From an uncultured Acidobacteriaceae bacterium (GTDB taxonomy: Bacteria; Acidobacteriota; Terriglobia; Terriglobales; Acidobacteriaceae): 64,000 nt of DNA. Below the pieces are notes generated by a model, which did not search any database, had not been told where the DNA came from, and saw nothing but the letters and a program-made list of their open reading frames with translations. Made by a program: the position numbers and the translations under genes. Shown one piece after another: positions 27,123 to 36,124 of the stretch; within the stretch, counting starts at the first letter, position 1; each line of letters starts with the position of its first letter. The DNA is taken from positions 48,387-112,386 of the forward strand of contig CAWIKZ010000004.1 of NCBI GenBank assembly GCA_963836875.1, given 5' to 3'.

Positions 27123-28436
27123 ATGGCGCAAGACACTCTCACCATCATCGACAATCGCACCCAACAGACCTACACGCTCCCCATCGAAAACGGCGCCATC
27201 CGGGCCATGGATCTGCGGCAGATCAAGACCGGCCCCGACGATTTCGGTCTGATGACCTATGACCCGGCTTTCATGAACACGGCCTCCTGCCGCAGCAGCA
27301 TCACCTTTATTGACGGCGAACGCGGGATCTTACGCTATCGCGGTTACCCCATTGAAGCGCTGGCTGCACAGTGCACTTTCCTGGAGGTGGCGTACCTGTT
27401 GCTTTTTGGCGAGCTCCCCACCGAGGCCGAGCTCACGAGATGGGCGAGTGAGATCACTCACCACACCATGCTGCATACGGCCATCGAGAAGTTCATGGAG
27501 GGCTTCCGCTACAACGCCCATCCCATGGCCATGTTGGTGAGCACGGTGGCCGCGCTCTCCAGCGTTTACCCCGAAGCCAACGACATCCACGACCCGGAGA
27601 ACCGGCGGCACCAGATCGTGCGGTTGATCGCCAAGGCGCCGTCCATCGCCGCCATGGCCTATCGCCATAGCAAGGGTTTCCCCTGCGTTTATCCGGACAA
27701 CGAGCTTAGCTACACCGAGAATTTCATGAGCATGTTATGGAAGATGGCGGAGCCGAAGTACGCGGCCAATCCCGTGCTGGCCCGGGCCCTGGATACTTTG
27801 TTCATCTTGCATGCCGATCACGAACAGAATTGCAGCGCTAACGCCATGCGCTCGGTTGGCAGTGCGCACACGGACCCCTACCTGACCACTGCCGCTGCCG
27901 CAGCCGCCCTGGCCGGCCCCCTGCATGGCGGCGCCAACGAAGCCGTTCTCCAAATGCTCGACGAGATTGGCGCCAAGGAGAATGTTCCCGCGTACGTGAA
28001 AAAGGTCAAGGCAGGACACGGCAGGCTGATGGGCTTCGGGCACCGCGTGTACAAGAACTACGATCCCCGCGCCAAGATCATCAAGCAGACCGCCGAGCAG
28101 GTGTTCGAGGTGACCGGACGTAATCCCAAACTGGAGATCGCGCTCGAACTGGAGCGGATCGCGCTCGAGGACGACTATTTCGTCAAGCGCAAGCTCTATC
28201 CTAACGTGGACTTCTATTCCGGGATCATCTACCAGGCCATGGGCTTCACCCCGAAGATGTTTACCGTGCTGTTTGCCATTCCGCGCGTGGCCGGCTGGCT
28301 GGCCCAGTGGCAGGAGATGCTCAACGATTCGGAGCAGAAGATTGCGCGTCCGCGCCAGATCTGGACGGGTCCCGAGGTCCGCGAGTTCGTGCCCTTGAAC
28401 AGGCGCAGCAACGCGGCGGGCACACGCGGAACGTAA
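27123..28436 (+). CDS. gltA: citrate synthase (type II, hexameric-type length)
   Basis: ATG 27123 (MAQDTLTIIDNRTQQTYTLPIENGAIRAMDL). ILHADHEQNCSANAMR, GPLHGGANE, GFGHRVYKNYDPRA, DFYSGIIY. Confidence 0.9.
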   Translation: MAQDTLTIIDNRTQQTYTLPIENGAIRAMDLRQIKTGPDDFGLMTYDPAFMNTASCRSSITFIDGERGILRYRGYPIEALAAQCTFLEVAYLLLFGELPTEAELTRWASEITHHTMLHTAIEKFMEGFRYNAHPMAMLVSTVAALSSVYPEANDIHDPENRRHQIVRLIAKAPSIAAMAYRHSKGFPCVYPDNELSYTENFMSMLWKMAEPKYAANPVLARALDTLFILHADHEQNCSANAMRSVGSAHTDPYLTTAAAAAALAGPLHGGANEAVLQMLDEIGAKENVPAYVKKVKAGHGRLMGFGHRVYKNYDPRAKIIKQTAEQVFEVTGRNPKLEIALELERIALEDDYFVKRKLYPNVDFYSGIIYQAMGFTPKMFTVLFAIPRVAGWLAQWQEMLNDSEQKIARPRQIWTGPEVREFVPLNRRSNAAGTRGT

Positions 28437-28628
28437 AGTTGCAGCAAAATCTGTTGCGTATCAGGCGACATCTGCGGACGTGACGGCCCCAGCCTAGCCA
28501 AAAGAAGGCTAGAACGGAGCACCCAGATTTGATTGTGCGATGAATGCGAAGTTCGCGCGGTTAGCTGGGCCACTCGCCCATAAGGACTGGAAACCTGGAA
28601 ATCCTGGTAGGAATTGAAGGGGCATACC

Positions 28629-30917
28629 ATGAGCGACACGTCTGCCGACGCTACGAGTCTCTCTCCGTGGTGGAGACACTCGGCCATCCTCGTAATGATC
28701 GCTGGCTTCTCGGTTCTATCCTTTGTCACGGTCCTGACCTACACAAACGCTCCACCGATCCCCGAGCAGGCCGCGGATGTAACAGGAAGCGTGGTGTTTA
28801 CCGGAGCCGACATCCAAATGGGCCAGGAGGTGTTCCTCAAGTACGGTCTCATGGAGCACGGGACCCTGTGGGGCCATGGCGCTTACTTAGGTCCTGATTA
28901 CAGTGCGGAGTACCTGCATAGGCTCAGCGAGGTGACCCGGGACACGATCGCGACCGAAAAGTACGGCAAACTCTTTGCGCAGCTTTCCCCGGACGAGCGG
29001 AGCGTCGCATCTGCGCGGACGATGACGGTGCTCAAGGAAAACCGGTACGAACCAGCCTCGCGAACTCTCCGGCTCTCTTCCGGCGAGGTGGCTGCCTACC
29101 GCACACAGCTTCGCGAATGGAGCGACTACTTCACTAGGAAGGACGCTGCTCCGGGGCTACCAGCCAACTATATTCAGAACCCCGGGGAGCTGAAAGCTCT
29201 GACCGCCTACTTCGCTTGGGCGGCCTGGGCCACAACGGCGAATCGCCCTGGGAAGGATTACTCATACACCAACAACTGGCCCTACGAGCCCATCGCGGGA
29301 AACCGTCCTTCCACCGAGGCCTATGTTTGGAGCGCCTTGAGTCTCATCACCCTCCTGTCAGGGCTGGGCTTGATTCTCTTCGTCGTCGGCAAGTTCGACT
29401 ACTTGGGCTGGAAGGGCGAGGGCGCTGGCTCCCATGTTATGCACTCTGTTCCCCCTGCTTTGAAGCTCACGCCCAGCCAGTGGGCTACGGGATGGTTCTT
29501 CGCCGTCGTGGCCCTCCTGTTTCTGGCGCAATCATTCCTGGGAGGCGTACTCGCCCACTATCGGGTGGAGACAGGGGCCTTTTACGGGCTCGACATCGCC
29601 CGTTGGCTGCCCTACAACCTGGCGCGTACCTGGCACCTCCAACTCGCCATCTTCTGGATCGCGACGGCTTGGGTGGGCGGCGGGCTTTTCCTGGCGTCGG
29701 GGGTCGGCGGCGAAGAGCCCAGACACCAGAGGACCGGCGTCTACGCACTCCTCGGGGCGCTGGTGGTGGTGGTCGTCGGCAGCCTGGTAGGCGAGTCCCT
29801 CGGCATCAACGACAAGCTGGGACACCTCTGGTTCTGGTTCGGTCACCAGGGTTCCGAGTACTTGGACCTCGGACGGCTCTGGCAGTTTCTGCTGGCAGTT
29901 GCCCTCGTTTTCTGGCTGTTTCTGATGTTTCGGGCGCTCAGGCCCGCCTTCAAGATCCATGACAAGCGCGAACTGGCCTCACTCTTTCTGTACGCGGCTG
30001 TGGCCATCCCTGTCTTCTACCTGCCCGCCCTTTTCTATGGCCCTCACACCAACTTCGCCGTCATCGACAACTGGCGCTTCTGGATCATCCATCTTTGGGT
30101 GGAGGGGTTCTTCGAACTCTTCGCGACGGTACTGGTGGCCATTATGTTCCACCAGATGGGCGTGGTCAGCACCAAAACCGCCACGCGCCTGATCTACCTG
30201 GATGCCATCCTGTATCTCAGCGGCGGGATCATCGGCACAGGCCACCATTGGTACTTCACAGGCCAGGGAACGCTCAACATGGGCCTGGCGTCGTGCTTCT
30301 CCGCTTTGGAAGTTGTGCCTCTCACGCTTCTGACTCTGGACGCATGGGATTTCATCAAGCTGAGAAAGGCGGAGTGTTCCGCGTGCGGCCACGATCTGGC
30401 CTGGAGCCAGAAGTGGTCCATCTACTTCCTCATGGCCGTGGGTGTCTGGAACTTCGTCGGCGCAGGGGTCTTCGGTTTCCTGATCAACCTGCCCATCGTG
30501 TCCTACTTCGAGGTGGGCACGTCGCTCACCGCTAATCACGCACACGCCGCACTGTTTGGTGTCTTTGGGATGTTGGCCTTAGCAGTCCTGGTCTTCTGCT
30601 TGAGGGCCATGCAATCCGACCCCACATGGAAGGAGACGGAGAAGTTCGTCCGGGTGGGCTTCTGGGGCGCTAATGTGGGCCTCGCACTCATGATAATCCT
30701 GGACCTGTTCCCCGGAGGAGTAATCCAGCTCTGGGATTCCATCGCCAACGGGTATTGGCACGCGCGCCGCCTGACATTCCTGATGGGCGGCACCTACCAC
30801 AAGCTGGAATGGCTGCGCATGGTGGGGGATGTGGTCTTCCTCTTCGCCGGTGCCCTGCCCATCACGCTCGGCGCGTTGCGCAGTATGTGGAAAAGGGATC
30901 TCTCTCCTACGGCGTAA
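28629..30917 (+). CDS. norB: quinol-dependent nitric oxide reductase (qNOR, large single-subunit NorB/NorZ type)
   Basis: About 760 aa. N-terminal TM helix plus a cytochrome-c-like fold without a heme motif, then 12+ TM helices of the heme-copper oxidase core (WHLQLAIFWIATAW, IIHLWVEGFFELF, GTGHHWYFTG, NHAHAALFGVFG). Confidence 0.9.
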   Translation: MSDTSADATSLSPWWRHSAILVMIAGFSVLSFVTVLTYTNAPPIPEQAADVTGSVVFTGADIQMGQEVFLKYGLMEHGTLWGHGAYLGPDYSAEYLHRLSEVTRDTIATEKYGKLFAQLSPDERSVASARTMTVLKENRYEPASRTLRLSSGEVAAYRTQLREWSDYFTRKDAAPGLPANYIQNPGELKALTAYFAWAAWATTANRPGKDYSYTNNWPYEPIAGNRPSTEAYVWSALSLITLLSGLGLILFVVGKFDYLGWKGEGAGSHVMHSVPPALKLTPSQWATGWFFAVVALLFLAQSFLGGVLAHYRVETGAFYGLDIARWLPYNLARTWHLQLAIFWIATAWVGGGLFLASGVGGEEPRHQRTGVYALLGALVVVVVGSLVGESLGINDKLGHLWFWFGHQGSEYLDLGRLWQFLLAVALVFWLFLMFRALRPAFKIHDKRELASLFLYAAVAIPVFYLPALFYGPHTNFAVIDNWRFWIIHLWVEGFFELFATVLVAIMFHQMGVVSTKTATRLIYLDAILYLSGGIIGTGHHWYFTGQGTLNMGLASCFSALEVVPLTLLTLDAWDFIKLRKAECSACGHDLAWSQKWSIYFLMAVGVWNFVGAGVFGFLINLPIVSYFEVGTSLTANHAHAALFGVFGMLALAVLVFCLRAMQSDPTWKETEKFVRVGFWGANVGLALMIILDLFPGGVIQLWDSIANGYWHARRLTFLMGGTYHKLEWLRMVGDVVFLFAGALPITLGALRSMWKRDLSPTA

Positions 30918-30966
30918 AGCATGAGGTCGAATCGGCGGGTGGCCCAGGCGAACTATCGTGAGGGTG

Positions 30967-31003
30967 CCCCTACCCAAGCTTCTTTTGCTTGGGTGGGGAT
31001 TTT
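30967..31003 (+). terminator. intrinsic (possibly bidirectional) terminator between convergent genes
   Basis: CCCCTACCCAAGC-TTCTTTT-GCTTGGGTGGGG hairpin (12 bp, one bulged T) followed by ATTTTG. It sits between the qNOR stop (30917) and the stop of the minus-strand gene at 31044. Confidence 0.55.
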
Positions 31004-31043
31004 GACGAGTCAGACTGCTGGCCACACCAACTCGGAAAACGCT

Positions 31044-31367
31044 TTAGTGTCCGCTGTAGCAGGTGAAATTGGAGCCGTCGCCTTCCCACTCGGCGATGTC
31101 AGCTCGCGTCTCGCGGAGCAATCGGAAGTCGGCGTCGAACTCACAGGCGACCACCCGTTGGTCCTGTCCGTCGAGATAGCGAAGCACGTAGTGGCCTTCC
31201 GCCAGCGCCAGCGCGTCAATCGGCTGGCTATCGTCGAACTCCGCGCCGATTTGTGCCAGCAATTGCACGAGCGAATAGCTTGCTCCCCGGACAGCAAGGC
31301 CCTGGGCGCCGCTCCCCAGGGGTCCAAAGCGGCCCTCGATTACATCCCGGTCTCGCAACTTGTTCAT
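31044..31367 (-). CDS. hypothetical protein, tandem paralog 2 (107 aa)
   Basis: ORF 31044..31502; ATG 31367 (MNKLRDRDVIEGRFGPLGSGAQGL...). Aligns along its length with 31563..31922 (IE.RFG.LGSG ... EGH...RY.DGQDQR.VA.EF.A.F....ETR..IAEW). Confidence 0.55.
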   Translation of the reverse strand: MNKLRDRDVIEGRFGPLGSGAQGLAVRGASYSLVQLLAQIGAEFDDSQPIDALALAEGHYVLRYLDGQDQRVVACEFDADFRLLRETRADIAEWEGDGSNFTCYSGH

Positions 31368-31429
31368 AAACGGGGTATCGGCGATGGGTGGAGCACGCCT
31401 TTCACAGGCTGCGGAAAAAGTTGTTGCGA

Positions 31430-31479
31430 TGAAAGAAACCGCAGATTCCTCGGGGCTGAAGCCCCTCGGAATGACAAAA
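31430..31479. repeat. REP-like dispersed element, copy C (TGAAAGAAACCGCA..CCTCGGGGCTGAAGCCCCTCGG..AATGACAA)
   Basis: Shares the 10-nt head TGAAAGAAAC with copy A and the TCGGRATGACAA tail with A and B. It lies between the two tandem paralogs. Confidence 0.45.
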
Positions 31480-31515
31480 ATAAAAGGTTTACAACGGCGC
31501 ACCTAAAGGTGCGCC
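31475..31515 (-). terminator. intrinsic terminator after tandem paralog 1
   Basis: Minus strand: GGCGCACC-TTTA-GGTGCGCC (perfect 8-bp stem) followed by GTTGTAAACCTTTTATTTTTG. Confidence 0.6.
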
Positions 31516-31562
31516 CCTTCAAAAGCAATGCTTTTAAAAAAACAGCCTTTCCCAGTCAGCGC

Positions 31563-31922
31563 TCAGAAGTCATCGCCGGGCACCAGCGGGCAACGGTACG
31601 CCGCACTTCGGGACCATTGGTAATACGCGTCCTCGCCAATCCACTCCGCAATGTGTCCCCGTGTTTCCGCGATGAAAACGAAGCTGGCGTTGAATTCGTG
31701 GGCCACGATGCGCTGGTCCTGCCCGTCGTAGTAGCGAACGCAGAAGTGTCCTTCCGAGACCACCTGGACGTCTACCGGCCAGCTATCCTCGAAGGCAAGA
31801 TCCATGCGCGCGAGCAGGGTCGGGATGTCGTATTCGGCGTCCCCGATGACAACCGAGTCCTGGCCGCTGCCCAGCTTTCCGAAGCGGTGCTCGATCAGAG
31901 GTCGTCCTCGCAACTCAGACAT
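31563..31922 (-). CDS. hypothetical protein, tandem paralog 1 (119 aa)
   Basis: ORF 31563..32003; ATG 31922 (MSELRGRPLIEHRFGKLGSGQDSV...). See 31044..31367. Confidence 0.55.
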   Translation of the reverse strand: MSELRGRPLIEHRFGKLGSGQDSVVIGDAEYDIPTLLARMDLAFEDSWPVDVQVVSEGHFCVRYYDGQDQRIVAHEFNASFVFIAETRGHIAEWIGEDAYYQWSRSAAYRCPLVPGDDF

Positions 31923-31929
31923 AACCAAC

Positions 31930-32148
31930 TCACACGGCGGCGGATGCTTCGTGGGGCCGCTTGAACACCATATGGATGCCGATGGTGCCGTAGGCGACGC
32001 CATCCTTGTTGGGTGCGATCAGTGGGACGGAGCTTACCAGCTCCCATCCGTCCGCGCCGGCGCCGTTGATCCACTCATCCAACCCACTGACCATCCCCTC
32101 TTCGCTCTCGCTGAATACCACCATCCGATCATAATATTCCCACTGCAT
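31930..32148 (-). CDS. DUF4177-like small protein
   Basis: ATG 32148: MQWEYYDRMVVFSESEEGMVSGLDEWINGAGADGWELVSSVPLIA...IHMVFKRP. The pattern W.Y......(G).....LN..G..GWELV....... matches what I remember of DUF4177. Confidence 0.55.
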   Translation of the reverse strand: MQWEYYDRMVVFSESEEGMVSGLDEWINGAGADGWELVSSVPLIAPNKDGVAYGTIGIHMVFKRPHEASAAV

Positions 32149-32199
32149 CGTTTCGCTCCTTCTCTCTCTCCTGCTGTCGTGCGCCAAAGGGATGCGCGC

Positions 32200-32946
32200 C
32201 TATGCGTTTTGGGCCTTGCCGCAACGTTCCGCCAGCCAGCCAGCAGTGACGGCCAGTACTTCATAGTTGAACTTAAGTTCGCCGTGGTTGAACCAGCGCG
32301 GCAAATAGCGGATCAGTCCGTTGTCATGCTTAATGTCCGGGCGCAAATCGGTGGTGACATATCGCAAATCGCTCTTGGGCAGGGCCGCCTTCAGTCCGGC
32401 TGCGCCCTCGAGAATGGCTGGGATGTCACGCTCAGCGTAGAGCAGCAAAGCAGGACGATCGTGGGAGGCGACGGGGCCGAGGAGGTCGAGCAATTCAATC
32501 ACATATCCCGAATAGGGTTCGCGCACGGCGGGGCTGGGAAAATTCTCGAACATCCACTTGCCTTGTGGTGAGATCGCCGCAACCACCGAAGGCGATATGG
32601 CCACCATACAATCAGCCGAAGACATCAGGGCCAGCCGGCCGCCCAAGCTGATGCCCAGAGCCGCCGCACGGCCGAAGCGGCGCATGTAATTAACTGCGGA
32701 GTCAACTTCGTCGCGCATCACCGGACCGATGGCGGTGCGATTTTCACCGTGCCCACAGAGGTCGATGGAAAGTGCCGCCAGGCCAACCTCTCCCAGTGCG
32801 GCGGCGATACCCAGCATGTGCTCCTTGGTACTGCCATAGGGCGGGATCAGCGCGACACCGCCACGCGCCGGGTCCGGCGTAAGCAGGTAGGCAGGGATGT
32901 TGTGGCCGTCGGTGGCAGTCAGTGTTGTGACGCGCTCCAGGTTCAT
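32200..32946 (-). CDS. alpha/beta hydrolase (dienelactone-hydrolase-like)
   Basis: Nucleophile elbow AALGISLGGRLAL, a HG oxyanion-like segment (DLCGHGEN), and a 248-aa size typical of single-domain esterases. Confidence 0.75.
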   Translation of the reverse strand: MNLERVTTLTATDGHNIPAYLLTPDPARGGVALIPPYGSTKEHMLGIAAALGEVGLAALSIDLCGHGENRTAIGPVMRDEVDSAVNYMRRFGRAAALGISLGGRLALMSSADCMVAISPSVVAAISPQGKWMFENFPSPAVREPYSGYVIELLDLLGPVASHDRPALLLYAERDIPAILEGAAGLKAALPKSDLRYVTTDLRPDIKHDNGLIRYLPRWFNHGELKFNYEVLAVTAGWLAERCGKAQNA

Positions 32947-33103
32947 CGAACGTCCTCCTTAGGTCTGCTATCTACGCCTGAACTCCAGAAACCCAACGGA
33001 TTGCAATCCAGCATTGTACCGACTCCAGCGCCCACGCAGCAGGCAACAGAAACGTGGAATGCAACAGAAATCCGCGCAAGGCTGTCATCGGTTGGTTTCC
33101 CGC

Positions 33104-33580
33104 CTAGACCTTGTCCTCAGCCGGGACATGGGCGGGCTTCAGCTTGGCTTCCAGTTCAGCCAGGCGCGCGCGGAGGGCCTTGTCCCGCTCCCAGCGCGCG
33201 GTCACATCCTGAATGCTGGCGGATGCCCCCAGGATTTGCCCGTCGGCAGCCTTGAGCAACGCGATGTTGAACTCGACCGAGATCCGCCGGCCATCTTTGG
33301 TGAGTGCGGGAACGGCAAGCACGTTCTGGCCGTACTTGGTGAGCCCGGTTTCCATGACATGGGAGTAGCCCTCCCAGTGACGCGCCCGGTGCTTCTCCGG
33401 GATGATCATATCCATGGACTGGCCGAGTGCCTCGTCAGCGCTCCAACCAAACATAGCTTCCGCGCCCGCATTCCAGAGGCGCACAATGCCCTCCCGATCG
33501 CCAAAGATGATGGCGAGTGGGATCTGTTCCACAATGCTTTCGCAGAGCCATTGGCGCGTAGGAAGGTCGTTCATCAACAA
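33104..33580 (-). CDS. single PAS-domain sensor protein
   Basis: ESIVEQIPLAIIFGDREGIVRLWNAGAEAMFGWSADEALGQSMDMIIPEKHRARHWEGY...GRRISVEFNIALLKAADGQILGASASIQDVTARW, followed by a coiled-coil tail. Confidence 0.75.
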   Translation of the reverse strand: MLMNDLPTRQWLCESIVEQIPLAIIFGDREGIVRLWNAGAEAMFGWSADEALGQSMDMIIPEKHRARHWEGYSHVMETGLTKYGQNVLAVPALTKDGRRISVEFNIALLKAADGQILGASASIQDVTARWERDKALRARLAELEAKLKPAHVPAEDKV

Positions 33581-33826
33581 CTCCTTGAATAATCCCAGAC
33601 TACAGTTTTATAGCCGTTTCCAGGTGGTGAAGTAAAGAACCTTGCGGAAAACGCGGATGCTGGCAGGAATATGCCCACTTGAGCCGAGGGCCGACACCGG
33701 TCTGCAGCAAAAAAGGGCTGGAACGTTACGAAATGTCAGCGGTGCGCCGCGGCGCCGGAAGCTAGGAACCGGCTCTTGTCCTGCGCGCTTTCTGGATGCT
33801 CAGCCTGTTTCAGTCCTTACCGTCAG

Positions 33827-35452
33827 CTACAGAGCCACCGGTTCTTTCTGCCTTAGCACGCGGCGGAGCAGCTTACCCGTGGGCGTACGTGGGAGTTCGT
33901 CCACGATCACGACTTCCCGGGGCAGCTTGTAGGTTGCAATCTTGCCCTTGCAGAAGGCGATCAGCTCGTCTTGGCTGACGGATTCTCCCGGCCGCAGCAC
34001 GACGAAAGCTTTGGCAATTTGGCCGCGCACCTCGTCCGGCACTCCGATGACCGCGACATCGGCGACAGCAGGATGGGTGGCCAGGGTGACCTCAATCTCC
34101 TCCGGTCCAATGCGGTAACCCGAACTCTTGATGATGTCGTCCTGCCGCGACACGAACCAGAAGTAGCCGTCTTCATCGGCATGCACGAAGTCGCCGGCCC
34201 GATTCCATCCCTCGGGAGTGATGGCATGGCGCTGTTTATCGGGATCGCGCCAATAGACCGTGCCGGTTGGCCCGATGGCCACAAAGTGACCGATCGTCCC
34301 CGGCTTGGCTTCCTTGTCCTCCTCGTCGATGACCTTCAGCTCGTAACCCGGTACGGCTTGGCCGAAGGAGCCCGGCTTGGCCTTGCGGCTGACCACGTTG
34401 GAGGCGAAAACATACATCATCTCAGTGGTACCCAAGCCTTCGAAGATCTCCAGACCGAATTTCTCCTTCCAGGCATGATAGGTCGGGGCGGTCAGGCTCT
34501 CGCCGCCTCCCGTACAGACCCGCAGGCTGCTGAGATTAAATCTCTTTGCCACGTCCGGCACCTGCAACATCTTGCGATAGGCGGTGGGGGCCAGAGTCAG
34601 GATGGAGATGCGATGTTTCTGTATCGTGTCGAACATCTTCTCCGGTTCGAACCTGGCGATCAGCGACGCGGCCGCACCGAAACGGAAGGGAATGGTCGCG
34701 TAACTGGAGTAGCCCGCGCCGAAAGCGAGCGGGGCCGATCCACCAATAACGTCGTTCTCCGTGACCTGCCACCCGTACTTACCGAAACCGTCCGGAACAA
34801 TCAGCAGTTCCTCTACGAAGTGCACGGTCCCTTTCGGTCGTCCGGTGGTGCCCGACGTATAGAGGAGCAGACCAACGTCCTCGCGTTTGCGAAGCACGGG
34901 ATCGACCTCGGTCGTGCCGGACTGCAACAGCTCGCCATAGGCGAGGAAACCCTTGGCCTTCACCTCGGCAGCATCGCCGCCAATGACAATAATGCTCTTG
35001 ACCGTCTGCAAGCTGTCGCGCGCCGCTTCCACTTCCCCCAGGAGCGCCGCACTGACGATGATGGCCACCGCTTCGGAGTCGTTGGCGACGTGCGCGATCT
35101 CGGCACGCGAGAACAGCGGCGAGGTCGGAGTGCAAACTGCTCCCAGCTTAAGGATGGCAAAGTTGGCGACCAGGGCAGGAGGTATGTTCGGCGTGCGTAG
35201 AATGACGCGGTCGCCAGCGCTCACTCCTAAGTCCCGCAGTGCGCTCGCCAGCTTGTTGGCTTGAGTAAGGAGCTGATTGTAGGTCAGCCGCTGGTCTTCG
35301 AAAAGCACAGCGGTGCGGTCACCCCGTCCAGCGGCGACAGCCTTACCAAGCAATTCTTCTGTAGGGTTGAATTTTTCCGCATAGGTCGCGAATTCCGGCA
35401 ACGTGTAAACACGCTTCGGCCACAACTCGCGTGGGGGTAGATATTCGGCCAT
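33827..35452 (-). CDS. AMP-forming acyl/aryl-CoA ligase (benzoate-/aminobenzoate-CoA-ligase-like ANL family)
   Basis: LLYTSGTTGRPKGTVH (AMP-binding motif), YGTTE-like GLGTTEM, GDFVHADEDGYFWFVSRQDDIIKSSGYRIGPEEIE, and a terminal PRTPTGKLLRR. Confidence 0.9.
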   Translation of the reverse strand: MAEYLPPRELWPKRVYTLPEFATYAEKFNPTEELLGKAVAAGRGDRTAVLFEDQRLTYNQLLTQANKLASALRDLGVSAGDRVILRTPNIPPALVANFAILKLGAVCTPTSPLFSRAEIAHVANDSEAVAIIVSAALLGEVEAARDSLQTVKSIIVIGGDAAEVKAKGFLAYGELLQSGTTEVDPVLRKREDVGLLLYTSGTTGRPKGTVHFVEELLIVPDGFGKYGWQVTENDVIGGSAPLAFGAGYSSYATIPFRFGAAASLIARFEPEKMFDTIQKHRISILTLAPTAYRKMLQVPDVAKRFNLSSLRVCTGGGESLTAPTYHAWKEKFGLEIFEGLGTTEMMYVFASNVVSRKAKPGSFGQAVPGYELKVIDEEDKEAKPGTIGHFVAIGPTGTVYWRDPDKQRHAITPEGWNRAGDFVHADEDGYFWFVSRQDDIIKSSGYRIGPEEIEVTLATHPAVADVAVIGVPDEVRGQIAKAFVVLRPGESVSQDELIAFCKGKIATYKLPREVVIVDELPRTPTGKLLRRVLRQKEPVAL

Positions 35453-35465
35453 CTTGGGATACTCC

Positions 35466-36107
35466 TTACCCCGCTGTCGTGGCTACTTGGGGGTTGGGCT
35501 TCGTCGCTGCGATCAGATCTTCCAGGGCCTGCTCCACGCGGATCGTACCGCGCTTGGCATCGGTCCGTGGGAAAGCCATGACGGGATAGCGGTCGCCTTC
35601 GAAGATAAGCAGCGCGGGGACGGTGGTCCCGAAGTCCTCGACCAGCGCGCCTTTAAAGCCGAAGACCGGGCGTACGCTCGCATCCGGGCCGGTGACCGAC
35701 TTGTGATAGGTGGGAAAGCGGTCCTTCATCCCGTCGACGTCGATCGCCTTGCAGGTCATGCCCGCAGCTTGTAGCTGCTTTACCAATTCGAGGGCACGCT
35801 TGATGTCGCAGGGAAACGTCTGGCCCGGCTTCTGGGTGGAGCTGTAGTAGAACTCCGCCTGCTTGGCAGCGGTCGACTTCGCGGCCGCAACCGCGGCCTT
35901 GGCGACGACTGGTTCGGGTGGGGCATAGGTGCTGCCGCTGGCCTCGAAGACCTCGCACTCGGTCCAGCCTTGCAGCGTAATGGACAGGGTGAACGGCCAT
36001 TCGCGTTTCACGCACTTGCCGAGATAGGCCTTCTGAATATTGGCATCAAGCGCCGGCTTCAGATGCTTGCAGCGGACGCAGAGACATTCAGTGTTGTAAT
36101 GGGCCAT
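35466..36107 (-). CDS. hypothetical protein: Cys-rich N-domain + Ala-rich linker + C-terminal alpha/beta domain
   Basis: MAHYNTECLCVRCKHLKP...GKCVKREWPFTL...WTECEVFEASG; linker APPEPVVAKAAVAAAKSTAAKQ. The start is 13 nt after... i.e. tightly packed between the ligase (35452) and the Zn-ribbon gene (36125). I recognise no family. Confidence 0.5.
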   Translation of the reverse strand: MAHYNTECLCVRCKHLKPALDANIQKAYLGKCVKREWPFTLSITLQGWTECEVFEASGSTYAPPEPVVAKAAVAAAKSTAAKQAEFYYSSTQKPGQTFPCDIKRALELVKQLQAAGMTCKAIDVDGMKDRFPTYHKSVTGPDASVRPVFGFKGALVEDFGTTVPALLIFEGDRYPVMAFPRTDAKRGTIRVEQALEDLIAATKPNPQVATTAG

Positions 36108-36124
36108 AGTTGCCTCCAGTTTCT

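Noticed and set aside
28437-28628. FNR/Dnr/NsrR-type operator upstream of qNOR (for example TTGATTGTGCGATGAA).
   Set aside because: Only one TTGAT half-site is present and there is no symmetric partner, so it does not match the three clean palindromes found elsewhere in the window.
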